Positions 9,268 through 19,978 of a stretch of DNA of 55,527 nt are shown in pieces. Position numbers and translations under genes: made by a program. Position 1 is the first letter of the stretch. Each line of letters starts with the position of its first letter. The stretch spans positions 1 through 55,527 of the forward strand of contig JAHISB010000043.1 in assembly GCA_018818425.1 (NCBI GenBank), written 5' to 3'. The stretch comes from Patescibacteria group bacterium. GTDB lineage: Bacteria; Patescibacteriota; Patescibacteriia; UBA1558; UBA10009. Under the pieces are notes generated by a model. It saw only the letters and a list, made by a program, of their open reading frames with translations. It had not been told where the DNA came from and ran no database searches.

Positions 9268-10200
9268 TTATTCCATAGCCAAACGCCCGCCGCTTATATC
9301 AGCAAGTTCAGCGGTGATTGACGCCTGCCGCGCCTTATTGAACATCAAAGTTAAATCGGCAATCATTTCGCTGGCCGCGTCCGAAGCATTGCGCATGGCC
9401 ACCATTCTGGCCGAATGTTCGCTGGCATCTGATTCTAGAATAGCTTGGTAGATTTGCATTTCAATGAGTCTTGGCAACAGTTCGCTTAAAACTTCATCTG
9501 GCGAAGGTTCAAACAAATATTCAAATTGAATCGCCTGTTTAAAAATTTTATTTTTTTCTTCGGCCAAAGTTGCTCCGGTTCCCACTTGTCCTAAATATTT
9601 ATCTTCTGTCAGAGTGGCAATCGGCAACAGCTCTAAAATCCTGGGCTTTTGAACTAAAGTTGAAATAAAATCAGTATAGGCAATCATCACTTTATCATAT
9701 TTACCGGCAAGGTAATCATTAATGATCATTAAGCTTAGAGGCCTGATCTCCTCGATGGCGCTGGTAATATCTAATTTAACAAACTCGGCAATGATGGTAT
9801 GGCCGCGTTTAAACATAACTTCCCTTCCCTTTTTACCCATAATAACTAAATCCGCCTCGATATCCACTTCTTCTTTCTGTTGCTTGATAAACTTGGCTAC
9901 TCGGCTGATAATCTGGTTATTAAAACCGCCGCACAAGCCCCGGTTGGAAGTAATTAAAACCATGCCTATCTTTTTTATTTTTTCTCTTGTTTCTAACAAA
10001 GGATGGTATTTAGAATCTGTCCGGCTGGCTAAATTTCTGACCAAATCCCAAGCCAAGGTGGCATAACTGCGGGTAGCCAAAACATGAGCGGTGGCTTTGC
10101 GCATTTTGGCGGCCGCCACCATTTCCATGGCTTTGGTAACCTTTTTAGTGTTGCCAACCGATTTTATTCTTCTTTTGATATCTCTTGTAGCTTGAGGCAT
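9268..10200 (-). CDS. atpG: F1 ATP synthase gamma subunit
   Basis: 310 aa. N-terminal IKRRIKSVGNTKKVTKAMEMVAAAK and C-terminal ITAELADISGG signatures. Confidence 0.95.
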   Translation of the reverse strand: MPQATRDIKRRIKSVGNTKKVTKAMEMVAAAKMRKATAHVLATRSYATLAWDLVRNLASRTDSKYHPLLETREKIKKIGMVLITSNRGLCGGFNNQIISRVAKFIKQQKEEVDIEADLVIMGKKGREVMFKRGHTIIAEFVKLDITSAIEEIRPLSLMIINDYLAGKYDKVMIAYTDFISTLVQKPRILELLPIATLTEDKYLGQVGTGATLAEEKNKIFKQAIQFEYLFEPSPDEVLSELLPRLIEMQIYQAILESDASEHSARMVAMRNASDAASEMIADLTLMFNKARQASITAELADISGGRLAME

Positions 10201-10242
10201 ATGATAACTATTGATTATTGTTCACTGCTCACTGTTCACTAC

Positions 10243-11748
10243 TTACTTAACAAACTGCTTCTTAAAATCCTCAATGACCGACTTTAGCTGATTCTCTGTT
10301 TGTTCATCGAGGTCTTTTGTTTCTTTGATTTTCTTTAAGACTTCGGCGCCGGAGGCGTCTAAATATTTATGAAATTCAGCTTCAAATTTTGCTAATTCTT
10401 CCACCTTTATATCGTCAAGCAGGCCGTTGATGGCAGCGTAAAGAATTGCTGCCTGATGTTCTACGGCCATCGGCTCGTACTGGCCCTGCTTGAGGATTTC
10501 GGTCAGCCGGCGTCCAAGATTAAGCTGTTTTTGGGTGGCTTCATCCAAATCCGAACCAAACTGGGCAAAGGCCTCCAGCTCCCGGTATTGAGCCATGGCC
10601 AGTTTGAGCTTGCCGGCCACTTTTTTCATGGCCTTTATCTGAGCGGCTGAACCGACTCTGGATACCGATATGCCGGTATTAAGCGCCGGACGGATGCCTT
10701 TATAAAATAAGTCTGATTCTAAAAAGATCTGGCCGTCGGTGATTGATATGACATTGGTGGGAATGTAAGCCGAAACATCGCCGGCCTGGGTTTCGATAAT
10801 AGGCAGGGCGGTGAGCGAACCGCCGCCGTTATCTTTACTTAATTTTGCTGAACGTTCTAACAGGCGTGAATGCAAATAGAAAATATCTCCGGGATAAGCT
10901 TCTCTGCCCGGGGGTCTTTTTAATAATAGTGATATTTCGCGGTAAGCCACGGCGTGTTTGGATAAGTCATCATAAATTATCAGAACATCTTTGCCCTGAT
11001 CCATAAAATACTCGCCCATGGCGCAGCCGGCATAAGGCGCAATAAAGGCCAAGGAGGCCGGGTCCGAAGCGCCGGCTTTAACTACAATAGTGTACCTCAT
11101 GGCTCCGTGCTCTTCCAGCTTAGCCACAATTTTAGCCACTTTTGATTCTTTAAGGCCGATGGCCACATAAATACAAATAACATTTTGGTTATTTTGATTG
11201 ATGATGGTGTCGATAGCTACTGCGGTTTTGCCGGTCTGCCTGTCGCCGATAATCAGTTCTCTTTGCCCCCGGCCGATGGGAATCATGGAATCAATGGCTT
11301 TAATGCCGGTTTGCAAAGGCGCATTCACCGATTCGCGGGCAATAACCCTGGGAGCGATTTTTTCTACCGGATAAAACTTTTCTGATTTGACTTCGCCTTT
11401 GCCGTCCTCGGGCCGGCCTAAAGGGTTCACTACCCTGCCGACCAACGCTTCGCCCACCGGCACTTCTAAAATTCTTTTGGTGGTTTTAACGCTGTCGCCT
11501 TCTTTAATGCCGGTATAATCCCCGAGCAGCATGGCGCCCACCGTATCTTCTTCCAAATTCAAGGCCACGCCAAACTGGCCGTTCTCAAACTCTATCATTT
11601 CCTGCGACATGCAGTCCGCCAGGCCGGAAATTCTGGCAATGCCGTCGCCGACTTCTACCACCGTGCCTGTCTTTTCCATAGTTGCTTCGGTTTTAAAGTC
11701 GTCAATCTGTTTTTTAAGATCTTGGATGATCTGATCTTTGTTAGACAT
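10243..11748 (-). CDS. atpA: F1 ATP synthase alpha subunit
   Basis: 501 aa. Walker A GDRQTGKT and conserved alpha-subunit sequence. Confidence 0.97.
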   Translation of the reverse strand: MSNKDQIIQDLKKQIDDFKTEATMEKTGTVVEVGDGIARISGLADCMSQEMIEFENGQFGVALNLEEDTVGAMLLGDYTGIKEGDSVKTTKRILEVPVGEALVGRVVNPLGRPEDGKGEVKSEKFYPVEKIAPRVIARESVNAPLQTGIKAIDSMIPIGRGQRELIIGDRQTGKTAVAIDTIINQNNQNVICIYVAIGLKESKVAKIVAKLEEHGAMRYTIVVKAGASDPASLAFIAPYAGCAMGEYFMDQGKDVLIIYDDLSKHAVAYREISLLLKRPPGREAYPGDIFYLHSRLLERSAKLSKDNGGGSLTALPIIETQAGDVSAYIPTNVISITDGQIFLESDLFYKGIRPALNTGISVSRVGSAAQIKAMKKVAGKLKLAMAQYRELEAFAQFGSDLDEATQKQLNLGRRLTEILKQGQYEPMAVEHQAAILYAAINGLLDDIKVEELAKFEAEFHKYLDASGAEVLKKIKETKDLDEQTENQLKSVIEDFKKQFVK

Positions 11749-11756
11749 AAATTAAT

Positions 11757-11832
11757 TAAGTTTAATAAGTTAGATAAGTTTAATAAGTTTTCAATAAAAA
11801 TAACATAGTAACTTATTCAACTTATTCAACTT
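11757..11832. repeat. 9-bp word dyad (AAGTTTAAT x4 facing AACTTATTC x2-3) between atpH and atpA
   Basis: The left arm 11757-11789 is complementary to the right arm 11810-11832 around an A-rich loop. Confidence 0.75.
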
Positions 11833-11837
11833 GCCAA

Positions 11838-12239
11838 CTACTTCAACAACGAACTCTGCAATCTCTTTAAGCTATTCTTTAAACTGGCGTCTAAAATTGT
11901 ATCCTCGAACTTAACAATCACTCCGCCTAAAATCGATTCATCAATTTTTTCTTCTACAGTTGCTGTCCGGCCGGTATAGTCTTTAAGCCAATTTTTGACT
12001 TCCTCTTTGATTTTTGAATTTAAATCTCTACTGAAAGTTACTTCGGCTTTTAAAATTCCTTCTTCTTTTTGATATACTTCAGTAAAACTAATAAATATTT
12101 TTTTAAGCAGTTTTAAATCTTTCCTTTTTTTAACCACTTCTAAAAAATTGCGAATTTTTTGCTTCTGTTCATCGCCCTCTGCCTCTTTAATGGCTTGGTA
12201 AAGCGAGGTGGCATATTGTTTGGCTGTTATTTTTTTCAT
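11838..12239 (-). CDS. atpH: F1 ATP synthase delta (OSCP) subunit, short
   Basis: OSCP-like sequence in operon position. I prefer the ATG at 12239 (MKKITAKQY...). The track start at 12281 adds 14 residues encoded by junction-repeat sequence. Confidence 0.8.
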   Translation of the reverse strand: MKKITAKQYATSLYQAIKEAEGDEQKQKIRNFLEVVKKRKDLKLLKKIFISFTEVYQKEEGILKAEVTFSRDLNSKIKEEVKNWLKDYTGRTATVEEKIDESILGGVIVKFEDTILDASLKNSLKRLQSSLLK

Positions 12240-12343
12240 ATTAATCACTGGTAGTTCACTGATTGCACACAAATGACACACTGATGACGCGCGGATACTT
12301 TATCGGTGAGCTATCTGCGAGTTATCGGTGCGTAATCTGTTAT

Positions 12344-12874
12344 TTATCCGTGTTTAATATCTTTTAGGGATTCCTCGACCAATTTCCGATCGACATCTTT
12401 ATTGCCGGTCTTTTCTAAAATCTTTTTAGTCGCCGCAATTACTAAACCGCCGACCTCTGCTTTAACATCTTTTAACATCTGGGATTTTTCACTGGCAATC
12501 TGTTCTTTGGCCGCGCTAATTACTGTTTGCACCTCTCGCTTGGCATCGTTAACTATCTGCTGGCCCTGCATTCCGCCCTGTTCCATGGCTTCTTCAATTA
12601 TTTTTCTGGCTTCTTTTTTGGCTTCTAAGACATTTTCTTCCTTGTCGCGCTCCATTTTAGCCAAATTTTCTTCTATTTGACGGGCATCGTCCAGACTCTT
12701 TTCGATCCTTTTGGTTCTTTTTTCCATAGTCCTAGAAAGCGGCTTAATGGCAAATTTGTATAAAACAAACAGAACAATGGCAAAATTAATGATCTGGGCA
12801 ATCATCAGCTTCCAGTCGATATGAAATGTTTTTATTAGTTCGTCCATATATTTTGTATTTCGAGCGTAGATCAT
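12344..12874 (-). CDS. atpF: Fo ATP synthase b subunit
   Basis: Single N-terminal TM followed by a long charged helix, in operon position. An alternative ATG lies at 12847. Confidence 0.85.
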   Translation of the reverse strand: MIYARNTKYMDELIKTFHIDWKLMIAQIINFAIVLFVLYKFAIKPLSRTMEKRTKRIEKSLDDARQIEENLAKMERDKEENVLEAKKEARKIIEEAMEQGGMQGQQIVNDAKREVQTVISAAKEQIASEKSQMLKDVKAEVGGLVIAATKKILEKTGNKDVDRKLVEESLKDIKHG

Positions 12875-12980
12875 AGTAATTAGAGTAACTACTCCCTACA
12901 TACTACTCACTACCTACTAAATTAATAATCTTCTCATCCCAGAAGACCCGCGCAGGGATCTTCTGAACATCAACAGACTA

Positions 12981-13229
<249 letters not shown>

Positions 13230-13272
13230 TTATTTTTTTAACGTCGCTCAATTTAATCATTAATATTTCATT

Positions 13273-13357
13273 GGAACATGGGAGCATGTGAGCATTTGAT
13301 CTAATGTTCTCATGTTCTAATGCTCCAGTGTTCTAATGTTCTCATGTTCTAATGTTC
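13273..13357. repeat. 8-nt GARCAYKR word dyad, locus A (atpB|atpE junction)
   Basis: GGAACATG GGAGCATG TGAGCATTTGATC, then TAATGTTC TCATGTTC TAATGCTC CAGTGTTC TAATGTTC TCATGTTC TAATGTTC. Overlaps the atpB stop codon. Confidence 0.85.
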
Positions 13358-14257
13358 TTCCTCTGTACTGGCGATTGAAAAATAAACCAGCGTCAGCATG
13401 GCAAAAATAAGGGCTTGGATCATGCCGACGATAACTTCTAAAAACATAAAGGGTATGGGCAAAACAAAGGCAAAGATGACTGCCATGGCCGCCAGCAAAA
13501 CTTCGCCGGCAAAAATATTGCCGAACAACCTGAACGACAGCGATGCCACCTTGGCAATCTCGCCGATTATCTCGATTACTCCGACAAAAGCTTTGATAGG
13601 ATTGACAAAAATAATGGTCGGTTCTTTCTTAAATTTTTTGGGAATTTCGGCAAAGGCCTTAAGATTGATGAACTTATTAAAATATTTCCAAATGCCTACG
13701 GTAATAAAGCCAAAAAGATTAGAACCGATTACGGCAAAAAGCGCCAGAGCTAAAGTGGTATTTAAATCCGCTGTGCCTCCCCGGAAAAACGGCACGAACG
13801 CTGAATGGCCTGCGTGAGTTTCGATAAAACCGATTGAGCCAATGCCGGGGATTAATCCCAGCCAATTGTTAATCAAAATAAACATAAAAATAGCAAAAAC
13901 AATGGGAAAGATCTTTTTGGTTTTAGCCCGCGAGCCGGTAACTGAATCGGCCATTTTCATAGCGCCTTCTAATATTTCTTCGGCATAATTTTGCAGGCCT
14001 TTGGGAATTCGCTGAATTTTTTTGCCGATGATTACTGCCAATAGAACGATAATGATAACAGTGATCCATGAATTTAATAATGAGTTTGTTACCGTAAAAT
14101 TTCCTAAATTAAAAACCGGCTCCGCATACAAAGTCGGCTCATGGCTGATATGACCTTGGACTTCCTGCTGTCCCTGATTTTCCTCGCCTAAAACTTCCGG
14201 ACTCTGGGCGTCCTTAGTTTGATTAATATTTTCTGTTTGTTCAATATTTTGACTCAT
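13349..14257 (-). CDS. atpB: Fo ATP synthase a subunit
   Basis: 302 aa, polytopic. Conserved LSFRLFGNIFAGE arginine motif. Confidence 0.9.
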   Translation of the reverse strand: MSQNIEQTENINQTKDAQSPEVLGEENQGQQEVQGHISHEPTLYAEPVFNLGNFTVTNSLLNSWITVIIIVLLAVIIGKKIQRIPKGLQNYAEEILEGAMKMADSVTGSRAKTKKIFPIVFAIFMFILINNWLGLIPGIGSIGFIETHAGHSAFVPFFRGGTADLNTTLALALFAVIGSNLFGFITVGIWKYFNKFINLKAFAEIPKKFKKEPTIIFVNPIKAFVGVIEIIGEIAKVASLSFRLFGNIFAGEVLLAAMAVIFAFVLPIPFMFLEVIVGMIQALIFAMLTLVYFSIASTEEEH

Positions 14258-14344
14258 TTATTTTTTTATTTGATATTCGCGTATTATCTGTCGATAGACC
14301 TCGAGCCTGTCGAGAGGCGAGTTATCTGCGTGTTATCTGCGACA

Positions 14345-14641
14345 CTAATCCGCGCTATCTGTGTTATCCGCGCTATCCGCGCTTTTCTTCTCCTTAAGTT
14401 CCTTCTCAACCTTCTTAACGTACTTAATAGTTATTCTGACAATTCCTAAACAAGATATCGCAAAAGCTATGGCGGTCAGTCCTAAAAAAATCCACGGCTT
14501 GGTGCCGTACTTTTCATCCAGAGCTCTGCCGATAAACAACGCCAAGATGATGGGCGTCGCAATCCAGCCGGTAACTTGGGTAAAAATTACCATGCTTTGT
14601 TGCCACCATGATTCTTTCTGACTTTTATCTTTTAAGGACAT
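14345..14641 (-). CDS. AtpZ/AtpI-like small membrane protein
   Basis: 98 aa, two TM helices, first gene of the atp operon. The C-terminal SADSADNTDSAD is encoded by junction-repeat words. Confidence 0.55.
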   Translation of the reverse strand: MSLKDKSQKESWWQQSMVIFTQVTGWIATPIILALFIGRALDEKYGTKPWIFLGLTAIAFAISCLGIVRITIKYVKKVEKELKEKKSADSADNTDSAD

Positions 14642-14773
14642 AATCCGTAATTTGTGTTTAATTTGCGAATATTCGCGTCGTTAGCGATAATTCACGATAA
14701 TTCGTGATTTATTCGCCCACTTCGACGCGAGGCGAGAGTGTTATTCACGTCTAAAATTAAAAATTTCGCCATT

Positions 14774-14802
14774 ATTATACAAAAACTAGCGAAAAATATC
14801 AA
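14774..14802 (-). promoter_or_regulatory. Candidate atp operon promoter TTGATA-17-TATAAT
   Basis: Minus-strand -35 at 14802-14797 and -10 at 14779-14774, about 130 nt upstream of the atpZ-like ATG. Confidence 0.3.
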
Positions 14803-14859
14803 GGGTTTAAAATTCTAATTATCCCTAAAACTTTATTTTTGGCTAGGATTAGCAAAAAA

Positions 14860-15912
14860 TTATGACTCCTGCTTTGGCCTCTCCAGTTCCTGCACTTCTA
14901 TTTTTGATTCTGTCCCGGCGATTTTGACCACATCTTTATCAATCTTGCCAAACTCTTTATAAGCCGAGTTATACATATTTACAGTTGTGCCTAAATTACT
15001 GCCCAGCTTTTGCATGTAAGTATCGTAACTTGATAAATGCTTTGCCAGCATCTCTACGCGCTTTCTAATTTCTTTGGCCGACTCTTCTATTTGGAGTGCG
15101 CGCAATCCTTGAAGTACGGTTTGTAAATAAGCTAAAAATGAAGTTGGCGAAACAATAATAACTTTGTACTTATTGGCAGCCCGTTGAATTAAATTTTCAG
15201 TATCTTCAGTGACTGCGCCAATTTTATTAATCAATAAATCATAATAAATAGCTTCGTGAGGTATAAACATGAAAGCAAAATCCAAGGTGCCTTTATTAGG
15301 TTGAATATATTTTGCAGTTTCTTGAATTCTAATTTTTAAATCATTGACAAACAATTTTTCCAAACGGATTTTTTCTGCCTCGTTACGTTCAACCACCAAA
15401 CGATTGTAGTTTTCTAAAGAAAATTTGGAGTCAATAGGAATAATTTTATCTTTAACCTTAACCATAGCATCCACAATTAATTTATTTCCTTTTTCATCTT
15501 GTCCCAGATCATACTGCATCTGATAACTGCCAGGCGGCATAACGTTTTTTAATAATGTCTCTAAATAATATTCACCCACTACTCCGCGTTGCTTAGGATT
15601 TTTTAAAATGTCCTGTAAAGATTTTAACTGATCAGCAAAACCAACCACCTGTTTATTGGTTTCATCCAGCTTGGTTAATCTCTCGGTAACGTCTTTAATA
15701 ATTTGTTGCGATTGTCCTGATTGAGCTTGAAAAGATTTCTGATGTTCATTTAAACGAAAATCTAAAGTTTTACTGATTTCATTTATCTGATTTTGCAGCA
15801 TCAGCATCGACTGGTCGCCTTTTGTTTCCCTGCCTTTTTTGTTTATAAGCCAAAACAGCGCGGCAAAGCTGATTACTACGACTATAAGAGTGATTATTGA
15901 AAGTGTGTCCAT
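14860..15912 (-). CDS. rmuC: DNA recombination protein RmuC
   Basis: 350 aa. N-terminal TM, long coiled coil, C-terminal nuclease-like region with FAFMFIPHEAIY. Confidence 0.85.
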   Translation of the reverse strand: MDTLSIITLIVVVISFAALFWLINKKGRETKGDQSMLMLQNQINEISKTLDFRLNEHQKSFQAQSGQSQQIIKDVTERLTKLDETNKQVVGFADQLKSLQDILKNPKQRGVVGEYYLETLLKNVMPPGSYQMQYDLGQDEKGNKLIVDAMVKVKDKIIPIDSKFSLENYNRLVVERNEAEKIRLEKLFVNDLKIRIQETAKYIQPNKGTLDFAFMFIPHEAIYYDLLINKIGAVTEDTENLIQRAANKYKVIIVSPTSFLAYLQTVLQGLRALQIEESAKEIRKRVEMLAKHLSSYDTYMQKLGSNLGTTVNMYNSAYKEFGKIDKDVVKIAGTESKIEVQELERPKQES

Positions 15913-15983
15913 ATTTGACTATTTAAGGATTAAAAATTGATGAATAATATATTAATCTTTAGCCATCAGTCCTCAGTCCCCAA

Positions 15984-16790
15984 CTACAATCTAAACAAAT
16001 ATTTGGCATTCTGCCAAGTCTGCTCAATAACTTCCGCCTTGCTGATTCCCTTGAGCTCGGCGATTTTTTCGGCCACATATTCAACGTAAATCGGCTCGTT
16101 TCTTTTGCCCCGATGCGGTTCCGGAGCTAAAAACGGACAGTCGGTTTCTATTAACAGATGGTCTAAAGGCATTTCTTTAACAACCCGCTGCAGCTCTTCC
16201 GCTTTCTTGGTAAAAGTCACCGGACCGTCGATGCCTAAGTAATAACCGCGTTTGACAATTTCTCTGGCCGTGGCTACATCTCCGCCAAAGCAGTGAATGA
16301 CTGCCCGTTCAACTTTTTCCGCCACCAGTATTTCTAAAATATCATTATAAGCATTCCTTTTTTCCAGGCCATTGCGGCCGTGGCAAATTAGAGCCAGGTC
16401 TTTTTCTTTGGCTAATCTGATATGCTCTAAAAATACTCTTTTTTGCTCGGCAATGACTTCGGAAGTTAACAGTTCCTGGGCGCATCCTCTGTTAAAGGTC
16501 AAGTGATAATAATCAAAACCGGTTTCGCCCACAGCCACCACTTTATTATTGATGATGGCTCTGAAATCATAATAATCAAACTCCTCGTCAAAAACATGAA
16601 TGGGATGAAGGCCGACCGCAGCGTACATATTATGATGATTTTCGGCTAAGCGAACGGCCAGCATGCTGGTTTCAAGCTGCGCTCCAACATTAATAACTGC
16701 CATTTCTTTTATCTGGCAGCGTTTAATGACTTTTTCCCTGTCAATATTATAATCTTCGAAGTTAAGATGGGCGTGGGTATCTATTAACAT
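15984..16790 (-). CDS. tatD: TatD-family metal-dependent hydrolase/DNase
   Basis: 268 aa. Starts with IDTHAHL and contains the GETGFDY and IETDCPFL motifs. Confidence 0.9.
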   Translation of the reverse strand: MLIDTHAHLNFEDYNIDREKVIKRCQIKEMAVINVGAQLETSMLAVRLAENHHNMYAAVGLHPIHVFDEEFDYYDFRAIINNKVVAVGETGFDYYHLTFNRGCAQELLTSEVIAEQKRVFLEHIRLAKEKDLALICHGRNGLEKRNAYNDILEILVAEKVERAVIHCFGGDVATAREIVKRGYYLGIDGPVTFTKKAEELQRVVKEMPLDHLLIETDCPFLAPEPHRGKRNEPIYVEYVAEKIAELKGISKAEVIEQTWQNAKYLFRL

Positions 16791-16887
16791 ATCTTTTAAT
16801 TGTGAATTTCGAATGAACCTAATTTCGAATAAATTCCTAATTTCGAAATTCTAAATTCAATCGAAATTCAAAATTCGAAATTCGAAA

Positions 16888-17505
16888 CTAATCTGCATCT
16901 AAATTTATATCGGGATTACCTTCGATCAAATCGCCAAGATCATTAAAAGGAATGTTGTCCAAATTTAAGCCGCCAGGCAAGCTGGGCATGGCCGGCAGAT
17001 TACCGCTCCAGTTCTCTACCGAATCGGGAATAAAGGGCGAAGCAATTTTACCGATTGTTTCCAAAATGCCGCTGAATCTGGAATCCTCCACCTTTTCCTG
17101 AAAGCCGCCGGTAAAGGGCACAAAGGACAAAAAATAAACAATAATGCCGATAAAAATCAAACCCTCAATCAGCCCGAAAATGCCGCCCAGCAGACGGTTA
17201 AAAGTTTTTAAAAGGGGAATGATAGCGATAATATGAAAAATTTTATCAACCATCCAGAACAGCAAAGCTATAACCCGGTTGACCAGAATAAAAACCAGCA
17301 GAAAGCCCAAAACATTGGCCAGAACCGTTGAGCCGAACAACAAGCCTTCTAACATTTCTGCGGCCTCGTCATAATATTGTCCGGCCACAAAAGCGCCGAT
17401 AAACAAACCCACAATGCCGCCGACCGCTTCAATCAGCCCCAATTTTATGCCTTTCCACACAAAACCGGCCAGGATTATTAAAATGATAAAATCTATGACT
17501 GTCAT
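16888..17505 (-). CDS. cvpA: CvpA-family membrane protein
   Basis: 205 aa. IDFIILIILAGFVWKGIKLG N-terminus and four TM helices typical of the colicin V production family. Confidence 0.7.
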   Translation of the reverse strand: MTVIDFIILIILAGFVWKGIKLGLIEAVGGIVGLFIGAFVAGQYYDEAAEMLEGLLFGSTVLANVLGFLLVFILVNRVIALLFWMVDKIFHIIAIIPLLKTFNRLLGGIFGLIEGLIFIGIIVYFLSFVPFTGGFQEKVEDSRFSGILETIGKIASPFIPDSVENWSGNLPAMPSLPGGLNLDNIPFNDLGDLIEGNPDINLDAD

Positions 17506-17530
17506 AAGTTTATTTGATTAATGATTATTG

Positions 17531-17662
17531 GAACATTAGAACATTGGAACACTGGAACATTAGAACATGAGAACACTGGAACATTAGAACACTGGAACAT
17601 TAGAACATTAGAACACTGGAACATGAGAACATGGGATCAAGTGCTAACATGCTCACATGATC
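17531..17662. repeat. 8-nt GARCAYKR word array, locus B (13 direct units plus core)
   Basis: GAACATTA GAACATTG GAACACTG ... GAACATGG (17531-17634), followed by GATCAAGTGCTAACATGCTCACATGATC. Overlaps the metG stop codon. Orientation relative to the genes is opposite to locus A. Confidence 0.9.
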
Positions 17663-19127
17663 AAATTCTCTTAAACAATGGCTCCTTGGGTTTTTTGATT
17701 TTCTTGGCCGTAAATATCTCTGTGATTTTTTCTGAAGTTTGGGGGAGGAAAGGTTTTAACAAATCAGCTATAAGTAAAATTCTTTTAACATAAATTTTTA
17801 GTATAAAATCCAACTCTTCTTTCTTATTCTGATCTTTGGACAATTCCCAGGGCTTAGCGGCATCAATCAGACGATCTGTTTCGCTAATTATATTAAAAAT
17901 TTCCTTTAAAGATTCATTGAATTTGTATTTCTCAATGAATTGACAACACTTTTTGTAACTCTTATCTCTTTTAATATCAAATTCTTCTGTTTTAATATCG
18001 GTAATTAAGTATTTTTCTACCATATTAGAAACTCGCGAAACCAAATTACCCAAACCATTAGCTAAATCCGCATTATATCTTTCATCAAACAATTCTGCTT
18101 TAATATCTGCTTCCTGTCCAAAAGAAAATGGACTTAGTAATAAATAACGTGTACCGTCTGTCCCATACCTTTTTACTAATTCTTCAGGAGTAATAACATT
18201 ACCTAAAGACTTAGACATCTTTCTGCCATCAATTGTAAAAAAACCATGGATAAGCTCTCTTTTAGGTAAAGGTAAATCCAAAGCCATTAACAACGCTGGC
18301 CAATAAAGTGCATGAAACTTTAAAATATCCTGAGCTAGTAAATGCACATCAACGGGCCACCACTTTTTAAACTCTTTTAGATTATTTGGATAACCTATAG
18401 CAGTGATATAATTTGAAAGTGCATCTACCCAAACATATGATTTTTGTGTTTTATCAAAAGGGATGTCCACTCCCCATATTACTGTTTCACGAGATATAGA
18501 AAAATCAGTTACTCCTTGCTCAATTAATCCTAAGGTTTCGTTTTTTCTGCTTGTTGGTAATATTTCAAATTCATTTAACTCGATTTTCTTCTTTAAGTCA
18601 TCTAGGTAATCGCTTAATCTAAAAAACCAATTTTTTTCGGAAAGTTTTTCCGGCTTTTTCTGATGATAGGAGCATTTACCGTCAACTAATTCTTTTTCTG
18701 TGATAAACTTTTCACAACCAGTGCAGTAAAGACCTTCATAATTTCCCTGATAAATAGCTGGGTTACCTTTAGGAGTCTTAGCTTCTTTTAATTGAATAAA
18801 AATTTTTTGAACCGCCTTGATATGACGTTCTTCTGTTGTCCTAATAAAATCGTCATTATCGATATTTAAACTTTTCCAAGCTTTTTTAAAAAGGCCCGAA
18901 GTCTGGTCGCAAAACTTTTGCGGCGAGAGTCCTGAATGCTCGGCTGATTGAGCCACTTTTGTACCATGTTCATCAGTACCAGTTAGAAAAAAAACATTAT
19001 CTTTGCCCAACTTTTCACGATAATAGCGAGCTAAAACATCAGCCATTAAAGTAGTATAAGAATGGCCAATGTGTGGCTTATCATTAACATAATAAATTGG
19101 TGTGGTTATGTAAAATTTTTTGCTCAT
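17661..19127 (-). CDS. metG: Methionyl-tRNA synthetase
   Basis: 488 aa. HIGH (PHIGHSYT), KMSKS and a Cys knuckle CTGCEKF ... CSYH. Confidence 0.95.
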   Translation of the reverse strand: MSKKFYITTPIYYVNDKPHIGHSYTTLMADVLARYYREKLGKDNVFFLTGTDEHGTKVAQSAEHSGLSPQKFCDQTSGLFKKAWKSLNIDNDDFIRTTEERHIKAVQKIFIQLKEAKTPKGNPAIYQGNYEGLYCTGCEKFITEKELVDGKCSYHQKKPEKLSEKNWFFRLSDYLDDLKKKIELNEFEILPTSRKNETLGLIEQGVTDFSISRETVIWGVDIPFDKTQKSYVWVDALSNYITAIGYPNNLKEFKKWWPVDVHLLAQDILKFHALYWPALLMALDLPLPKRELIHGFFTIDGRKMSKSLGNVITPEELVKRYGTDGTRYLLLSPFSFGQEADIKAELFDERYNADLANGLGNLVSRVSNMVEKYLITDIKTEEFDIKRDKSYKKCCQFIEKYKFNESLKEIFNIISETDRLIDAAKPWELSKDQNKKEELDFILKIYVKRILLIADLLKPFLPQTSEKITEIFTAKKIKKPKEPLFKRI

Positions 19128-19184
19128 AAAATATTTATGAATTCGCGACTTATTAGTGAGAGATAGGTGAATATTAGCATTTTA

Positions 19185-19847
19185 TTAGCGGTTGATAATC
19201 ACCACGAACTCGCCCTTAGTTTCCGACTCTTTCAATTGTTTTTGCGCTTCCTCAACTGTCCCTCGATAAACAGTTTCAAACTTTTTAGTCAGCTCACGGC
19301 AAACAACAAGTTTTAAGTCTTTATTCTTCAGTTTTAATTCTTCTAATAATTTGACAATCCGATGGACCGACTCATAAACAACAACCGGATACTTGCTTTC
19401 TGATATTTGACTGATTAACGTCTGGCGGCCTTTTTTATGCGGCAAAAAACCCAAAAATAAAAACTTGTCCATAGGCAGGCCGGAAACCGATATAGCGGCG
19501 GCAAGCGCTGATGGTCCTGGGACAGATTCAATCTTGTGTCCAGCGGCTATTGCTTTCTCAACCAATTTTCCTCCGGGATCGGATAAGCCCGGGGTGCCGG
19601 CGTCTGTTACCAAAGCCGTTGATTCATTCTGACTTATCAAACTTAGCAACTTATCAACTTTAAACTTCCCCGAGTGCTGATGATATGACAACGTTCTTGT
19701 TCCAATGTTGTAGCGTTCTAATAATTTTTTAGTGACTCTGGTATCTTCGCAGAGAATTAAGTCTGCTTCTTTTAAAATTCTTAAAGCCCTTAAAGTAATA
19801 TCTTCTAAATTACCTATTGGAGTAGCAACTATATATAAAATACCCAT
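19185..19847 (-). CDS. rsmI: 16S rRNA (cytidine1402-2'-O)-methyltransferase
   Basis: 220 aa. LYIVATPIGNLEDITLRAL ... CEDTR signature of RsmI. Confidence 0.9.
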   Translation of the reverse strand: MGILYIVATPIGNLEDITLRALRILKEADLILCEDTRVTKKLLERYNIGTRTLSYHQHSGKFKVDKLLSLISQNESTALVTDAGTPGLSDPGGKLVEKAIAAGHKIESVPGPSALAAAISVSGLPMDKFLFLGFLPHKKGRQTLISQISESKYPVVVYESVHRIVKLLEELKLKNKDLKLVVCRELTKKFETVYRGTVEEAQKQLKESETKGEFVVIINR

Positions 19848-19977
19848 ACAACTAGGTTATAGATTATAATTAATAGAAAATTCTAATTTATCTCGAGCGG
19901 AGTCCCGAGCGAGTCGAGGGGCGGAGTCGAGAGGTAAATTACCTATTGGAGTAGCGACTATATATAAAATACCCATA
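19806..19977. repeat. 43-bp direct duplication of the rsmI 5' end flanking an 86-bp insert
   Basis: 19806-19848 and 19935-19977 are identical at 42/43 positions, and the single difference is synonymous. The insert 19849-19934 ends in CGAGCGGAGTC-type GC-rich words. Confidence 0.9.
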
Positions 19978-19978
19978 G

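Noticed and set aside
17521-17793. 90-aa plus-strand ORF MIIGTLEHWNTGTLEHENTG..., and the similar ORF at 40208..40540
   Set aside because: The periodic peptide is simply the translation of the 8-nt GARCAYKR repeat (three units make eight codons). It overlaps the metG 3' end on the opposite strand. There is no RBS or independent coding signal. I treat both as repeat artefacts.
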